A stretch of DNA of 64,000 nt. Origin: an uncultured Bacteroidales bacterium (GTDB lineage Bacteria; Bacteroidota; Bacteroidia; Bacteroidales; UBA932). Numbering within the stretch: position 1 is the stretch's first letter; every line of letters begins with the position of its first letter. Below are positions 28,204 to 37,959 of this stretch, piece after piece. The notes below the pieces were generated by a model, which was not told where the DNA came from, ran no database searches, and saw nothing but the letters and a program-made list of their open reading frames with translations. The DNA lies in NCBI GenBank assembly GCA_944322925.1, contig CALUQM010000008.1, positions 9,073 through 73,072 of the forward strand. Direction: 5' to 3'. The position numbers and the translations under genes are program-made.

Positions 28204-31200
28204 ATATCTCGTCTATGTTCGGGGCTAAATCCGATACTGCAGTCAGTTTTATGTTGTTGGCGCCAGTGTACAGCGGAATGGAGGCTTCCTTGTACTGCCA
28301 GTCCGAATCTGCGCTTCCGGTGTCTGTGAATTCCAGTTTCTTCGAAAACTCCCCGTTGTTCTGAAGTTCCAGTACGGTTGCCCCCGAATCCAGCTGCTGC
28401 GAGTACCTGATTCTCAGTGTAGCCTGCATCGGCGCTCCGTCATTCTCCTGATACCATGTTATGCTGCTTCCCTTTCCCTTGAACTGGACGAAGCCTGCCC
28501 CGTTTACATTGTCTCCGCTCGTATTTCTGACCGCGGCCCTGTCGAGAACGGCATATTCGGCCTGCAGACCTTCGTTTTCACAGACGTTTTCGCCCGGAGT
28601 CCCCCAATACAGTCCGGTCCCGTCTCCGAATGTCTCTTCAAGTCTCAGTTCCATTCCGTTCCTGTCCGTCACGAGAGCCTTTACAGTCGTGTTCGCACTT
28701 ACTCTGAACGGCCTTTCATAAAGAGGGGAGCCCTGATCCGGTTCCGAGCCGTCTGTAGTATATCTGACGGTGAACCTGCCGCCTTTCGTTTTCCCTGTCG
28801 CAAGGCTGATCCTGTGTATGCTGACAGTCACGGTATCCGATATTTTCAGGCTCCGGTCCCCGTTGATGCAGGCTGCTGTCAGCACGCCTTTCCCCTGCGG
28901 GTTTCGTATGAATGCACGGCACAGTCCGAAGAACGCCCTGCGGGATGAGGATCTGAAATTGCATGTCGTATCCACCGGATTCCCGTTTTCGAAAGAGAGT
29001 ACTTCTGCGCCTTCGGGGATGTCGATGTATATCCTGTTGTCTCCGTACGGAAACATGGTGCCGGTCTTGTCGGTTGTCATGAACGTTACGATGTCCGTAT
29101 CTCCCGCATCGCAGTCCTTTACGATTCCGAAATCATATCCCGTACCGGATGTCCTGACTGATGCCGACCCTGTCTCCCTGCCATTCCTGTATGCCTTGAC
29201 CGAAATGACCCCCGGTTTCCACGGAACTTTCCATTCGCACTGCATTTCATTCCATCCCTTACCCTTTTTTCTGATTCCGAGCGATTCCCCGTCGAAGAAC
29301 AGTTCTGCCGAATCGCCGGTAGTGTAGACCCATACCGGGATCATTGTCCCCGGTGCCATATCCGGGTGAGTCCAGTGCGGGAGGATATGGACCATGTCGA
29401 GATCATTTTCGCGCCACTGGCTCTGATACAGATAATAATGGTCTTTCCGGAAACCGGCGAGATCTATCACTCCTCCCATGAAGGCCCTGAACGGCCATCC
29501 TCCGTGAACATATCCGGCTTCTCCGAGATAGTCGAACCCTGTCCATCTGAAATGCCCCGAATACCAGAGCAGATCCCGCAGAAAAGCCATGTTGTGGCGG
29601 GCTGTCAGCCGGACTGTCGCATTGTCGTATGAAGAATTGAAAATCTGCTTTACGTTTCTTCTGTTTTGCGGGGATGTCCAGTCATAGCCGAAGATTTCCT
29701 TTTCCGTAAGGTCGGGGATTTCGAACGGAGCCTGCCATTTGTTCGGATAACCGTCCCTGTACCATGTCTTTGTCCTGTAATAGCCCCTGACCTGCCATGT
29801 GTGCGGGGTCTCGGTTCCTATAAATGCCTTCCCGTCAGGCCGGTAATCCTTGAAAAACGTCTGTTTTTCGGAATTTCCGTTTACTCCGAGTACGTCCATG
29901 AATTCGGAACCTGAATGCCCGGAAGTCACCATCCTGTCAGGGTCTTCCTCGTGACAGACCCTGACCAGATCTGCCGCCACATCGCCTCTGGTCTCATTCC
30001 CCATGCTGTATATGAATACGCAGGGATGGTTTCTGTCCCTTCTTATGAAATCTCTCAGATCCCGTTCCCACCACTCGGCGAAGGCCTGTGCCCCGTAATC
30101 GTGTTCGGCTTTCTGTTTCCATCCGTCGAAGATTTCGTCCATTACGAGGATCCCCATTTCATCGCACAGATCATAGAAGAAAGGAAGCTGGGGATTATGG
30201 GCCGTCCTGATGGCATTGCAACCCATATCCTTGAGCAGGCCGAGTTTCCAGCGGAGCAGTTCCCTTGTCCACATGGCTCCGACAGGGCCTCCTTCGAGAT
30301 GTTCGCATACGCCTCTGAGCTTTATGTTTTTTCCGTTCAGGAAAAATCCTTTTTCCGCATCCCATCCGATTGTCCTGAATCCGAATCTTATGCTTTCCGT
30401 GTCGCAGACTTTTCCTTTGCCGTTTTTCAGCCGGATTTCCAGTTCGTAGAGCGAAGGGGAGCCCGGGCTCCACAATTCCGGTTCCCGTACACTAAGGTGC
30501 AGGATGCCTCTGTCTCCGGAAACCTTGTCCGAGACCCTTCTTCCGTTTTTCTTTACGACGGCTTCCGCTGTCCCCGTCCCGCCTTCAAGAGTGTAGGACA
30601 CCGCCACGTCCCACTGCCCCGAATCCGTTTCATGAGTGCGCAGATGTATTCCGTCCTTTGTGAAATGCAGGATATTTTCAGTCCTCAGGCAGACAGAGCC
30701 GTAGATCCCGCAGCCATGATACCATCTCGCGCTCGGCTCGAGGGAATTGTCCACCCTGACGCTTATCACATTGTCGCCTTTCCTGACATACCGGCTGATA
30801 TCGTAGCTGAAACTTATGTATCCGTAAGGACGTTTCCCGAGATATTGCCCGTTGATCCAGACTTCGCTGTTCATATATACGGCATCGAAATCGAGATAGT
30901 ATTTTCTGTCCCTGCCTGCGTCAGGAATACCGATGTGTTTCCTGTACCAGCCGATTCCGCCTCCGGCATACCCTCCCCTGTCTTTCTGTGCCCCGTTTCT
31001 GGAAAATCCGTTTTCAAAGGCCCAGTCATGCGGGAGGTCGAGTTCCCTCCAGGAGGAATCGTCATATTCGGGATCGGCTGCTTCAGGCACATCGGAAAGT
31101 TTGAAAAGCCAGCCTTTCCCGATATCCGCGGCACCGGCTCCGGCTCCGGACATGTCCGGCATTGTCATGAATATCGTGAATACTATGGAAAACAGCAGAC

Positions 31201-31213
31201 GGGAATATTTCAT
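28187..31213 (-). CDS. GH2 beta-galactosidase-like enzyme with FN3-associated module and C-terminal CBM35/CBM6-like module
   Basis: Signal peptide; LDLPHDWA, NSEVWING, RWYHGCGIYG, AIRTAHNP, SMGNET, FRWTGFDYLGEA; YTTDGSEP module; C-terminal beta-sandwich ending APNIDEIFIEYR. Confidence 0.9.
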   Translation of the reverse strand: MKYSRLLFSIVFTIFMTMPDMSGAGAGAADIGKGWLFKLSDVPEAADPEYDDSSWRELDLPHDWAFENGFSRNGAQKDRGGYAGGGIGWYRKHIGIPDAGRDRKYYLDFDAVYMNSEVWINGQYLGKRPYGYISFSYDISRYVRKGDNVISVRVDNSLEPSARWYHGCGIYGSVCLRTENILHFTKDGIHLRTHETDSGQWDVAVSYTLEGGTGTAEAVVKKNGRRVSDKVSGDRGILHLSVREPELWSPGSPSLYELEIRLKNGKGKVCDTESIRFGFRTIGWDAEKGFFLNGKNIKLRGVCEHLEGGPVGAMWTRELLRWKLGLLKDMGCNAIRTAHNPQLPFFYDLCDEMGILVMDEIFDGWKQKAEHDYGAQAFAEWWERDLRDFIRRDRNHPCVFIYSMGNETRGDVAADLVRVCHEEDPDRMVTSGHSGSEFMDVLGVNGNSEKQTFFKDYRPDGKAFIGTETPHTWQVRGYYRTKTWYRDGYPNKWQAPFEIPDLTEKEIFGYDWTSPQNRRNVKQIFNSSYDNATVRLTARHNMAFLRDLLWYSGHFRWTGFDYLGEAGYVHGGWPFRAFMGGVIDLAGFRKDHYYLYQSQWRENDLDMVHILPHWTHPDMAPGTMIPVWVYTTGDSAELFFDGESLGIRKKGKGWNEMQCEWKVPWKPGVISVKAYRNGRETGSASVRTSGTGYDFGIVKDCDAGDTDIVTFMTTDKTGTMFPYGDNRIYIDIPEGAEVLSFENGNPVDTTCNFRSSSRRAFFGLCRAFIRNPQGKGVLTAACINGDRSLKISDTVTVSIHRISLATGKTKGGRFTVRYTTDGSEPDQGSPLYERPFRVSANTTVKALVTDRNGMELRLEETFGDGTGLYWGTPGENVCENEGLQAEYAVLDRAAVRNTSGDNVNGAGFVQFKGKGSSITWYQENDGAPMQATLRIRYSQQLDSGATVLELQNNGEFSKKLEFTDTGSADSDWQYKEASIPLYTGANNIKLTAVSDLAPNIDEIFIEYR

Positions 31214-31225
31214 GTCATCGGGTTT

Positions 31226-33661
31226 TTATCGGCATTCGATTTTTATTGTAGCTTCCGGCAGTCCGGCGCTCCTGACTTTCAGAGTGATATCTCCGGCTTT
31301 GCGGCTTTTGCCGGTGACAGCCATGCATTTTCCGCTGAAGGTGTGCATGGACTTGCCGTAGAAGCTTTCGAGAGAGGTGGGGTCTCCGTTGCATAGGGCC
31401 AGAAAATCTCCTCCGGAAACTTCGAATTCGAGAGGAACTGCGGCATCCGGACATAATGTACCGTCTTTGTCCACGACGGAGACTTCTATGAACGAGATGT
31501 CCTTGCCGTCGGCATCGATTTCAGTCCTGTCGGCCTGCAGTTCCAGAGCATACGGCTCTCCGGCAGTCCGGACAGATGTCTCGGCAGCTATGTTTCCGTC
31601 CTTGTCGTATGCAAGGGCCTGCAGGGTCCCCGGTTCGTATTTCACACCATCCCAGACAATCCTGTACCCTGAAGTTTTCCCCGAGGCGGTCTTGTCTTTC
31701 TTTCCAAGGCTTCTGCCGTTGAGGAACAGTTCCACTTCATCGTAGCTGGTATAGCAATGTACGGGAACCGTGTCCCCTTCCTCCCAGTTCCAGTGCGGAA
31801 GCAGATGGAGTACGGGTTTTCCGCTCCACCGGCTCTGGTACAGGTAGAATCTGTCTTTTTTCATGCCGGCCAGGTCGACTATTCCGAAATATGAACTGCG
31901 TGAGGATACCGTTTCGTTGTAAGGAGTAGGCTCTCCGAGGTAGTCGAATCCTGTCCAGACGAATTCTCCGGCAACAAAGCTGTTGTCATCCTGCCCCTTG
32001 AATTCAGTATCGGGTGTAGACGCCCATGCAGGATATTCGAGATCGTATGAAGAGCAGTGGAAATCGGGATGGAAAGGATGTTTCGTCTCTATGGCCGGAA
32101 TATGGTATTTGCCTCTCGAACTTACGGTGGATGCGGTTTCCGACCCGAATATGCAATAGTCAGGATGCTTTTCATGCACATCTCCGTAGGCGAAAGGCTT
32201 GTAGTTGAATCCGACGACGTCGAGGACTTCTCCAAAACCGTTCGCCAAGGCATCGGCATATTTGTTCAGACCTGCCGTTACAGGTCTTGTTGGATCTTCC
32301 CGATGGCAGATGTCTGTCAGGAACCGGGCGACTTTGACACCGTCTTTGTAACCCTGTTCCTTGATTTCATTGCCGATACTCCATAATATTATGGAAGGAT
32401 GATTCCTGTCCCTGCGGATCATGCTGACAAGGTCTTTTTCAGCCCATTCGTCGAAAAGACCGGCGTAGCCGTTCCTGTTTTTTCCGATTTTCCATTCATC
32501 GAAGCTCTCGTCGATGACGAGGAATCCCATTCTGTCGCAGAGGTCGAGGAGTTCCGGCGCCGGAGGGTTGTGCGATGTGCGGATGGCATTGCAACCCATT
32601 TCCTTCATTATCTCAAGCTGTCTTTCGATGGCCCGTCTGTTGACTGCGGCGCCGAGAGGCCCGAGGTCATGGTGCAGGCAGACTCCCTGCAGCGGTACGC
32701 GCCTTCCGTTTAGAGAAAATCCGTTGTCGGGATCGAAGCCGAATGTTCTTATTCCGAAAGGAGTTTCGTATTCATCGAGGATCCTGTCTCCGGAGACGAT
32801 CCTGCTCACGGCAGTGTACATCGCCGGGTCTTCTATGTCCCATTTGCGGATATTGTCGAGGCTGACAGTCTGTTCCAGGGTGGAAATATCCGTGCCGTCC
32901 GGCAGCGGCGTTTCCGAGAAAGCGGCTTCCATGCCCGAAGGATCGATGATTGTCGTGACAAGTTTGCAGCCGTTGCCGTATCCGGTATTTTCGACGGTCG
33001 TCCTGATATTGACCGAGGCTGTGTTTTCTCCGACTTCAGGTGTCGTGACATACGTTCCCCAGTGGGCGATGTGTACAGGCTGGAGTACGACAAGACGCAC
33101 ATTCCTGTAAATGCCTGCTCCGGGATACCATCTCGAAGATTCACCCTTGTTTTCAAGCCTTACCGCAAGGATATTCTCCTGTCCCGGCCCGATGTACTCC
33201 GTGATGTCGAAAGCAAAGGAGCTGTACCCGTAAGGCCGTTTGCCGACAAGCTCGCCGTTGACATATACTTCGGCGTGGCTCATTGCTCCGTCGAATTCTA
33301 TCCTGTAGCGCCGGCCCTTGTCCGCAGTAAGTTCGCCCAGGTCGTATCTGTACCAGCCTGTTCCTATGAACGGGAGGGCTCCTGTCCTGCCCGTCCTGAG
33401 TTTCTTCACCTTGTCCCCGTCTTCAGATACTTTTACGACCTGGGCGTCTATATCCATGTCGAACGGGCCGGCAATGGCCCAGTCATGAGGCACCGAGACT
33501 GTTTCCCATGCCGAATCGTCGTATCCGGGCATGGCTGAAGACGGATTGTCTTCCCTCGTAAATTTCCATCCTTCATCGAGGAGGCGCGTTTCCCTGCCGG
33601 TTTCGGGAGAGACGCATGATGCCAGCGCTATGATTGCCAGGCAGTATATCAGATGTTTCAT
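31226..33661 (-). CDS. GH2 beta-galactosidase-like lipoprotein
   Basis: Lipobox LASC; SVPHDWAI, SSRWYPGAGIYRNV, AIRTSHNPP, WSIGNEI, GSETAS, VWTGFDYLGEPTP. Confidence 0.93.
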   Translation of the reverse strand: MKHLIYCLAIIALASCVSPETGRETRLLDEGWKFTREDNPSSAMPGYDDSAWETVSVPHDWAIAGPFDMDIDAQVVKVSEDGDKVKKLRTGRTGALPFIGTGWYRYDLGELTADKGRRYRIEFDGAMSHAEVYVNGELVGKRPYGYSSFAFDITEYIGPGQENILAVRLENKGESSRWYPGAGIYRNVRLVVLQPVHIAHWGTYVTTPEVGENTASVNIRTTVENTGYGNGCKLVTTIIDPSGMEAAFSETPLPDGTDISTLEQTVSLDNIRKWDIEDPAMYTAVSRIVSGDRILDEYETPFGIRTFGFDPDNGFSLNGRRVPLQGVCLHHDLGPLGAAVNRRAIERQLEIMKEMGCNAIRTSHNPPAPELLDLCDRMGFLVIDESFDEWKIGKNRNGYAGLFDEWAEKDLVSMIRRDRNHPSIILWSIGNEIKEQGYKDGVKVARFLTDICHREDPTRPVTAGLNKYADALANGFGEVLDVVGFNYKPFAYGDVHEKHPDYCIFGSETASTVSSRGKYHIPAIETKHPFHPDFHCSSYDLEYPAWASTPDTEFKGQDDNSFVAGEFVWTGFDYLGEPTPYNETVSSRSSYFGIVDLAGMKKDRFYLYQSRWSGKPVLHLLPHWNWEEGDTVPVHCYTSYDEVELFLNGRSLGKKDKTASGKTSGYRIVWDGVKYEPGTLQALAYDKDGNIAAETSVRTAGEPYALELQADRTEIDADGKDISFIEVSVVDKDGTLCPDAAVPLEFEVSGGDFLALCNGDPTSLESFYGKSMHTFSGKCMAVTGKSRKAGDITLKVRSAGLPEATIKIECR

Positions 33662-33698
33662 GGCTGTTGTTTTTTGTCCGTTGACATGCTGTGTTTCA

Positions 33699-35120
33699 TT
33701 AAAGGCTTCCGAATCCGTCGAAATCCCAGATCGGATTGGCAGTTCTGGAAGAGTCCATCAGTTTTTTCAGTTTTTTTGCCAGTCTCGGATGAGATGAAAT
33801 GACATTCTCCGTTTCGCTTTCATCTTTTTCGAGATTGTACAATTCGTAATACGCCTTTTCAGGGGTCTTGCTGTCCAGTTCCACGAGTTTCCATCCGTTT
33901 CTGATGATGGCGCGTTTCCCTCCCTTTTCATGGAATTCGTAATACAGGAAGTCATGCTTTTTCTGATGCCCCTTTCCCGTCAGGCTCGGCAGATATGATA
34001 TTCCGTCCGTGTCTTCAGGTATTTCCGCACCGGTTATCTCGCAGACAGTAGGCATGAAGTCCCAGAATGCGGAAATATGGTCGGAGACCGTACCGGCCTC
34101 TATGACAGCCGGCCATTGGGCGACAAAAGGAGTATGGATGCCTCCGTCATACAGGTCTCTTTTCTTGCCTCTGTATATGGAATTGCTGTCGAAAAATTCA
34201 GGATCATGCCCTCCCTCGGAGTGGACTCCGTTGTCCGAAGAAAAGATTACAAGCGTATTTTCGTAGACACCCTTTTCTTTCAGCAGGTCCACGAGCCTGG
34301 CAATGTCCCTGTCGAGCCGGCTTACCATTGCGGCGTATGCAGCCCTCGGCTTAGGCTGGCTCTTGTATCCCTTGCCGTCCTTCGATCTGTTGACGAACGG
34401 GGTTTCCTTGAATTTCCCGTCATATTCTCCAAGATCAGGTACATCGAGATCGGCATGAGGGATAGTCGGGGTCAGATAGAGGAAGAAAGGGGTCCCTGCC
34501 GTCCTGTCGACAAAATCCAACGCCTTCTCCATGATCATGTCATGGGAATAGACCTTGTGGTCGAGGTAGACTTTCTCTCCGTTTTCCCACAGATAGTCGG
34601 GATAATAACTGTGCGCCCTGCCCTGTCCGAGATAACCGAAGAAATAATCGAATCCCTGCCTGTTCGGCTCGCCCTCGTTTCTCGGACCGCCGAGTCCCCA
34701 TTTGCCGACACAGGCGGTAACATAGCCTCTGGTCTTGAGGATTTCCGCTACAGTGACCTCTTCATCGGCAAGAGGCCAGTCGTATGAGTTCCCGTCGTAT
34801 GCCGCCTTGCCCTTGTTGCCTCTGATGAAGCTGTGTCCGGTGTGTTTCCCTGTCATAAGGACGCACCTTGACGGTGCGCTGACGGTCGAACCTGAATAAT
34901 GGCTCGTGAACAGGATTCCGTTTTCGGCGATATTGTCGATGGCCGGGGTCTTTATGTCTTTCTGTCCGTAGCAGCCGAGATCTCCTATGCCGAGATCGTC
35001 CGCAAGAATGAAAATCACATTCGGCAGGCCGGGTGCGGTATTCCGGTCATGGCTTTGGGCCGCCGATATTCCTATCGAGGCGGGCAGCAGTATTGCTGCA
35101 GGTAAAATGTTTTTGAGCAT
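33699..35120 (-). CDS. Ser-type sulfatase (S1, resembles S1_20)
   Basis: PNVIFILADDLG, STVSAPSRCVLMTGKH (S-x-P-x-R), GKWGLG, FSSDNG, KRDLYDGGI. Confidence 0.93.
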   Translation of the reverse strand: MLKNILPAAILLPASIGISAAQSHDRNTAPGLPNVIFILADDLGIGDLGCYGQKDIKTPAIDNIAENGILFTSHYSGSTVSAPSRCVLMTGKHTGHSFIRGNKGKAAYDGNSYDWPLADEEVTVAEILKTRGYVTACVGKWGLGGPRNEGEPNRQGFDYFFGYLGQGRAHSYYPDYLWENGEKVYLDHKVYSHDMIMEKALDFVDRTAGTPFFLYLTPTIPHADLDVPDLGEYDGKFKETPFVNRSKDGKGYKSQPKPRAAYAAMVSRLDRDIARLVDLLKEKGVYENTLVIFSSDNGVHSEGGHDPEFFDSNSIYRGKKRDLYDGGIHTPFVAQWPAVIEAGTVSDHISAFWDFMPTVCEITGAEIPEDTDGISYLPSLTGKGHQKKHDFLYYEFHEKGGKRAIIRNGWKLVELDSKTPEKAYYELYNLEKDESETENVISSHPRLAKKLKKLMDSSRTANPIWDFDGFGSL

Positions 35121-35137
35121 AACGGTTTCTTTTTCTA

Positions 35138-35295
35138 CAAATTTAAATTATAACGATTATTCTCCGGGGTAAAATTTCTGTCAAAAAATGGCATTAAATC
35201 TTATAACTTCCTTGAATTTTGTCGGTTTGAAACAAAATTGGCAGTTTTTTGACTGAAAAGAATATCCCGGGTATTTCAGGAAAAAAATATCTTTG
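35138..35295. promoter_or_regulatory. Divergent promoters, each with TTTTTTGACnGA whose GAC ends 34 nt upstream of the -7 element
   Basis: Minus: TAAATTTG 35138-35145 with motif C at 35180; plus: motif C at 35253 with TATCTTTG 35288-35295. Confidence 0.7.
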
Positions 35296-35306
35296 AAACA
35301 AAAAAA

Positions 35307-36506
35307 ATGAGACGCGAAGTTTACATTGTTGTACTGTCTGTCCTTGCCGTTGTCTCTGCAAATATTTCGCAGGCGCAGGAAAAGCGGAAACTTACGGCAG
35401 ACATTGTTCTCGGGCCTTATGTCCAGGCAGTTACCTCGGACAGTTTTACCGTAGTATGGAAAACCGACATGGATGCCGTGGCGTGGGTGGAGACAGCTCC
35501 GGACGACGGAACGCATTTCTTCGCGCAGGAGCGACCTGCATACTACCAGACGGTGGCAGGGAAAAGACCTGTAGGCAGATTGCACAGGGTTACCGTATCC
35601 GGTCTTGAACCGGGGACAGTGTACCGGTACCGGGTGATGCAGCAGGCGGTCCTGACTCCTCCGGACGAAAAGAGGATTGTGTTCGGCATCGCTTCGGGGA
35701 ACAATCCGTTCAGGCAGCAGCCCTATGAGGTCAGGACACTTGATCCCGATGCGGAGACATTGGACTTCGCTATAATCAACGACATACACGGGAAAGACCA
35801 GGTATTCAGAAAACTGATGACCGACATCCCGTCGGACAGCATCGATATGGTCTTTTTCAATGGAGACATGCTTTCCTCCATGGATTCCGAAAAGCAGCTG
35901 TTCGACGGTTACCTGAAATCCGCCGCCGAACTTTTCGCCGCGAATATTCCTTTTTACAATTCGAGGGGGAACCATGAAGGGAGGGGCATGTTTTCCTACA
36001 GGTATCTCGATTATTTCCCTACCTCTACCGGAGAAACATATTACATGGTCAGGCAGGGGCCTGCGGCGATTCTTGTCCTCGACTGCGGCGAAGACAAGCC
36101 TGACAGCGACGTCAGCTATTTCGGCCTTGCCGATTATGACAGTTTCAGGGAAAAGGAAGCCGAATGGCTAAGGAATACCGTATGTTCGGAAGAGTTCCGC
36201 AGCGCTCCCGTCAAGATCGCAGTATTGCATATCCCTGCTTCTACAGGCGGCTGGCACGGAAATGCCGAAATCAACAGACTCTTCATCCCGGTACTTGAAG
36301 AGGCAGGCATAGACCTGATGATCAGCGGACATATTCACAGATATTCTTATTCGGAACCCGGCGAGAGAGGTTGCTCCTTTCCCGTGCTGATAAACGGAGC
36401 CGATGAAAAACACTACTTCCATATTGCCGGAGACAGTATCAAGGCGGAACGTATCGACCAGGAAGGCACCGTACTGAATACTTTTGAAATCAATGTCGGA
36501 AATTAG
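35307..36506 (+). CDS. Secreted metallophosphoesterase with N-terminal FN3 domain (purple acid phosphatase-like)
   Basis: Signal peptide; GPYVQ, VTVSGLEPGTVYRYRV; NDIHG, GDML, GNHE, GHIH calcineurin-like motifs. Confidence 0.88.
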   Translation: MRREVYIVVLSVLAVVSANISQAQEKRKLTADIVLGPYVQAVTSDSFTVVWKTDMDAVAWVETAPDDGTHFFAQERPAYYQTVAGKRPVGRLHRVTVSGLEPGTVYRYRVMQQAVLTPPDEKRIVFGIASGNNPFRQQPYEVRTLDPDAETLDFAIINDIHGKDQVFRKLMTDIPSDSIDMVFFNGDMLSSMDSEKQLFDGYLKSAAELFAANIPFYNSRGNHEGRGMFSYRYLDYFPTSTGETYYMVRQGPAAILVLDCGEDKPDSDVSYFGLADYDSFREKEAEWLRNTVCSEEFRSAPVKIAVLHIPASTGGWHGNAEINRLFIPVLEEAGIDLMISGHIHRYSYSEPGERGCSFPVLINGADEKHYFHIAGDSIKAERIDQEGTVLNTFEINVGN

Positions 36507-36516
36507 CATGTCGCGT

Positions 36517-37959
36517 ATGAAAAAGTTTTTGCCTGTTTTATTTTTCCTTATTTCCCTGCACGGGATGTCTGCCAGAGATCCATGGCAGGTGACCGTTTAT
36601 CCGGAAGCGGAGACAGCTCCAGTAAGCGAACTGTTCTGGGGGACCAATTTCCTTTTCTGGATTGAAGACGATGCCGCCCTGGAGGACGGCAAGATAGAAA
36701 AGGCCATGAAGGACCTTCCGGTAAGGCTGCTGCGGTATCCTGGCGGTACCGTAGCCGACAATTTCCACTGGGAGACGAATCTTCTCGACAATCATTTCAT
36801 GTTCCCGTATGAAGAGGGGGAGGCTGAAAGCGATTTCGATGAATTCATGGCTTTCTGCAAAAAGACTGGTGCGGAGCCGCTGCTTGTCGTGAACACGCAG
36901 TCGTGGGCTTTGAAGAACGATATCGAAGGCGGTGCACAGGAGGCTGCAGCCTGGGTAAGATACTGCAGGGAAAAGGGATATGACGTAAAATACTGGGAAA
37001 TCGGAAATGAAACCTACTGGCATCCTGTCATGACTGCAAGGGAGTACGGCCGCCTGGCGAACGTTTATGCGGAAGCGATGAAGGCCGCGGATCCCGACAT
37101 TGTTCTCAGTGTCAACGGAGGCTGGGACATAAACATGACCGGCAACAAGGAGAGGACACCTCGGGAGGATCTCGAATATATCGAGGAAAAGTACGGACAG
37201 ATTTCAAGCGTGGAGGACTACAAAAGGCTGAAAGAATATGCGGATTCGGTCAAAGCCACGCCATGGACTGTCGGAGAAGACAAATGGTGGCATGACCTTA
37301 TTACGGAATGCGGGCAGAATATCGACATGATATCCGTCCACTGGTATTATCATGACAATGTCATCAGGCATATAGACAAAAAGCTTCTCGAACTGCAGGA
37401 TTACCTGAAGACACTCGTGCCTCAGAAGGACTACCTGCTGTGCCTATCTGAATTCAACTGCAATACTCCGGAATTCGAATACAGGGTTGCGGGCTTTGCC
37501 GAATCGGTCGGCAGGTTTCTGAATGCCGGGACAGACCTTGCCTGCTTCTGGCCTTTCCGTATCGGAGGCAATCCCACTGCCAGGTCCAACAGAAACATGT
37601 TGTCGCTCGAAAGCAAGGATGTCCAGTATCCTTATCAGATTTTCAGTCTTTTCCAGAAAAAACTCACGGGTTCCATGATCAGATGCGACTGTCCGGACGA
37701 CCTTTATGCCTTTGCCTCGAAGGACGGGGACAGAATGGTCCTGGTCGTTTCCGGAAGACGGCTGGACGCGTCGGCTGAAGTGACAGTAAGGCTTGCCGGA
37801 GGGGAGAGGGCGGAATTGACAGGGGCAGAAAAATATATCCCGCAACCTCGGACCATAGGGGTGGAAGCGTGCGGGATACCTGCAACAGTGTCGGGAAAAA
37901 GAATCACTTTTGAAGTTGAGCCCCTTTCTTTTGTCCTGATCGAGATGGATCTCCGATAA
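36517..37959 (+). CDS. Secreted clan GH-A-like glycoside hydrolase, family unassigned (GH51/GH79-like motifs)
   Basis: Signal MKKFLPVLFF; LLRYPGG, FDEFMAFC, YWEIGNETYW (acid/base), LSEFN (candidate nucleophile); start could be 36508. Confidence 0.7.
   Translation: MKKFLPVLFFLISLHGMSARDPWQVTVYPEAETAPVSELFWGTNFLFWIEDDAALEDGKIEKAMKDLPVRLLRYPGGTVADNFHWETNLLDNHFMFPYEEGEAESDFDEFMAFCKKTGAEPLLVVNTQSWALKNDIEGGAQEAAAWVRYCREKGYDVKYWEIGNETYWHPVMTAREYGRLANVYAEAMKAADPDIVLSVNGGWDINMTGNKERTPREDLEYIEEKYGQISSVEDYKRLKEYADSVKATPWTVGEDKWWHDLITECGQNIDMISVHWYYHDNVIRHIDKKLLELQDYLKTLVPQKDYLLCLSEFNCNTPEFEYRVAGFAESVGRFLNAGTDLACFWPFRIGGNPTARSNRNMLSLESKDVQYPYQIFSLFQKKLTGSMIRCDCPDDLYAFASKDGDRMVLVVSGRRLDASAEVTVRLAGGERAELTGAEKYIPQPRTIGVEACGIPATVSGKRITFEVEPLSFVLIEMDLR

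Noticed and set aside
28150-28250. Possible insertion boundary of the glycan locus (also checked 54600-54700)
   Set aside because: No direct repeats, tRNA, integrase or transposase seen by eye, so it cannot be called a mobile island
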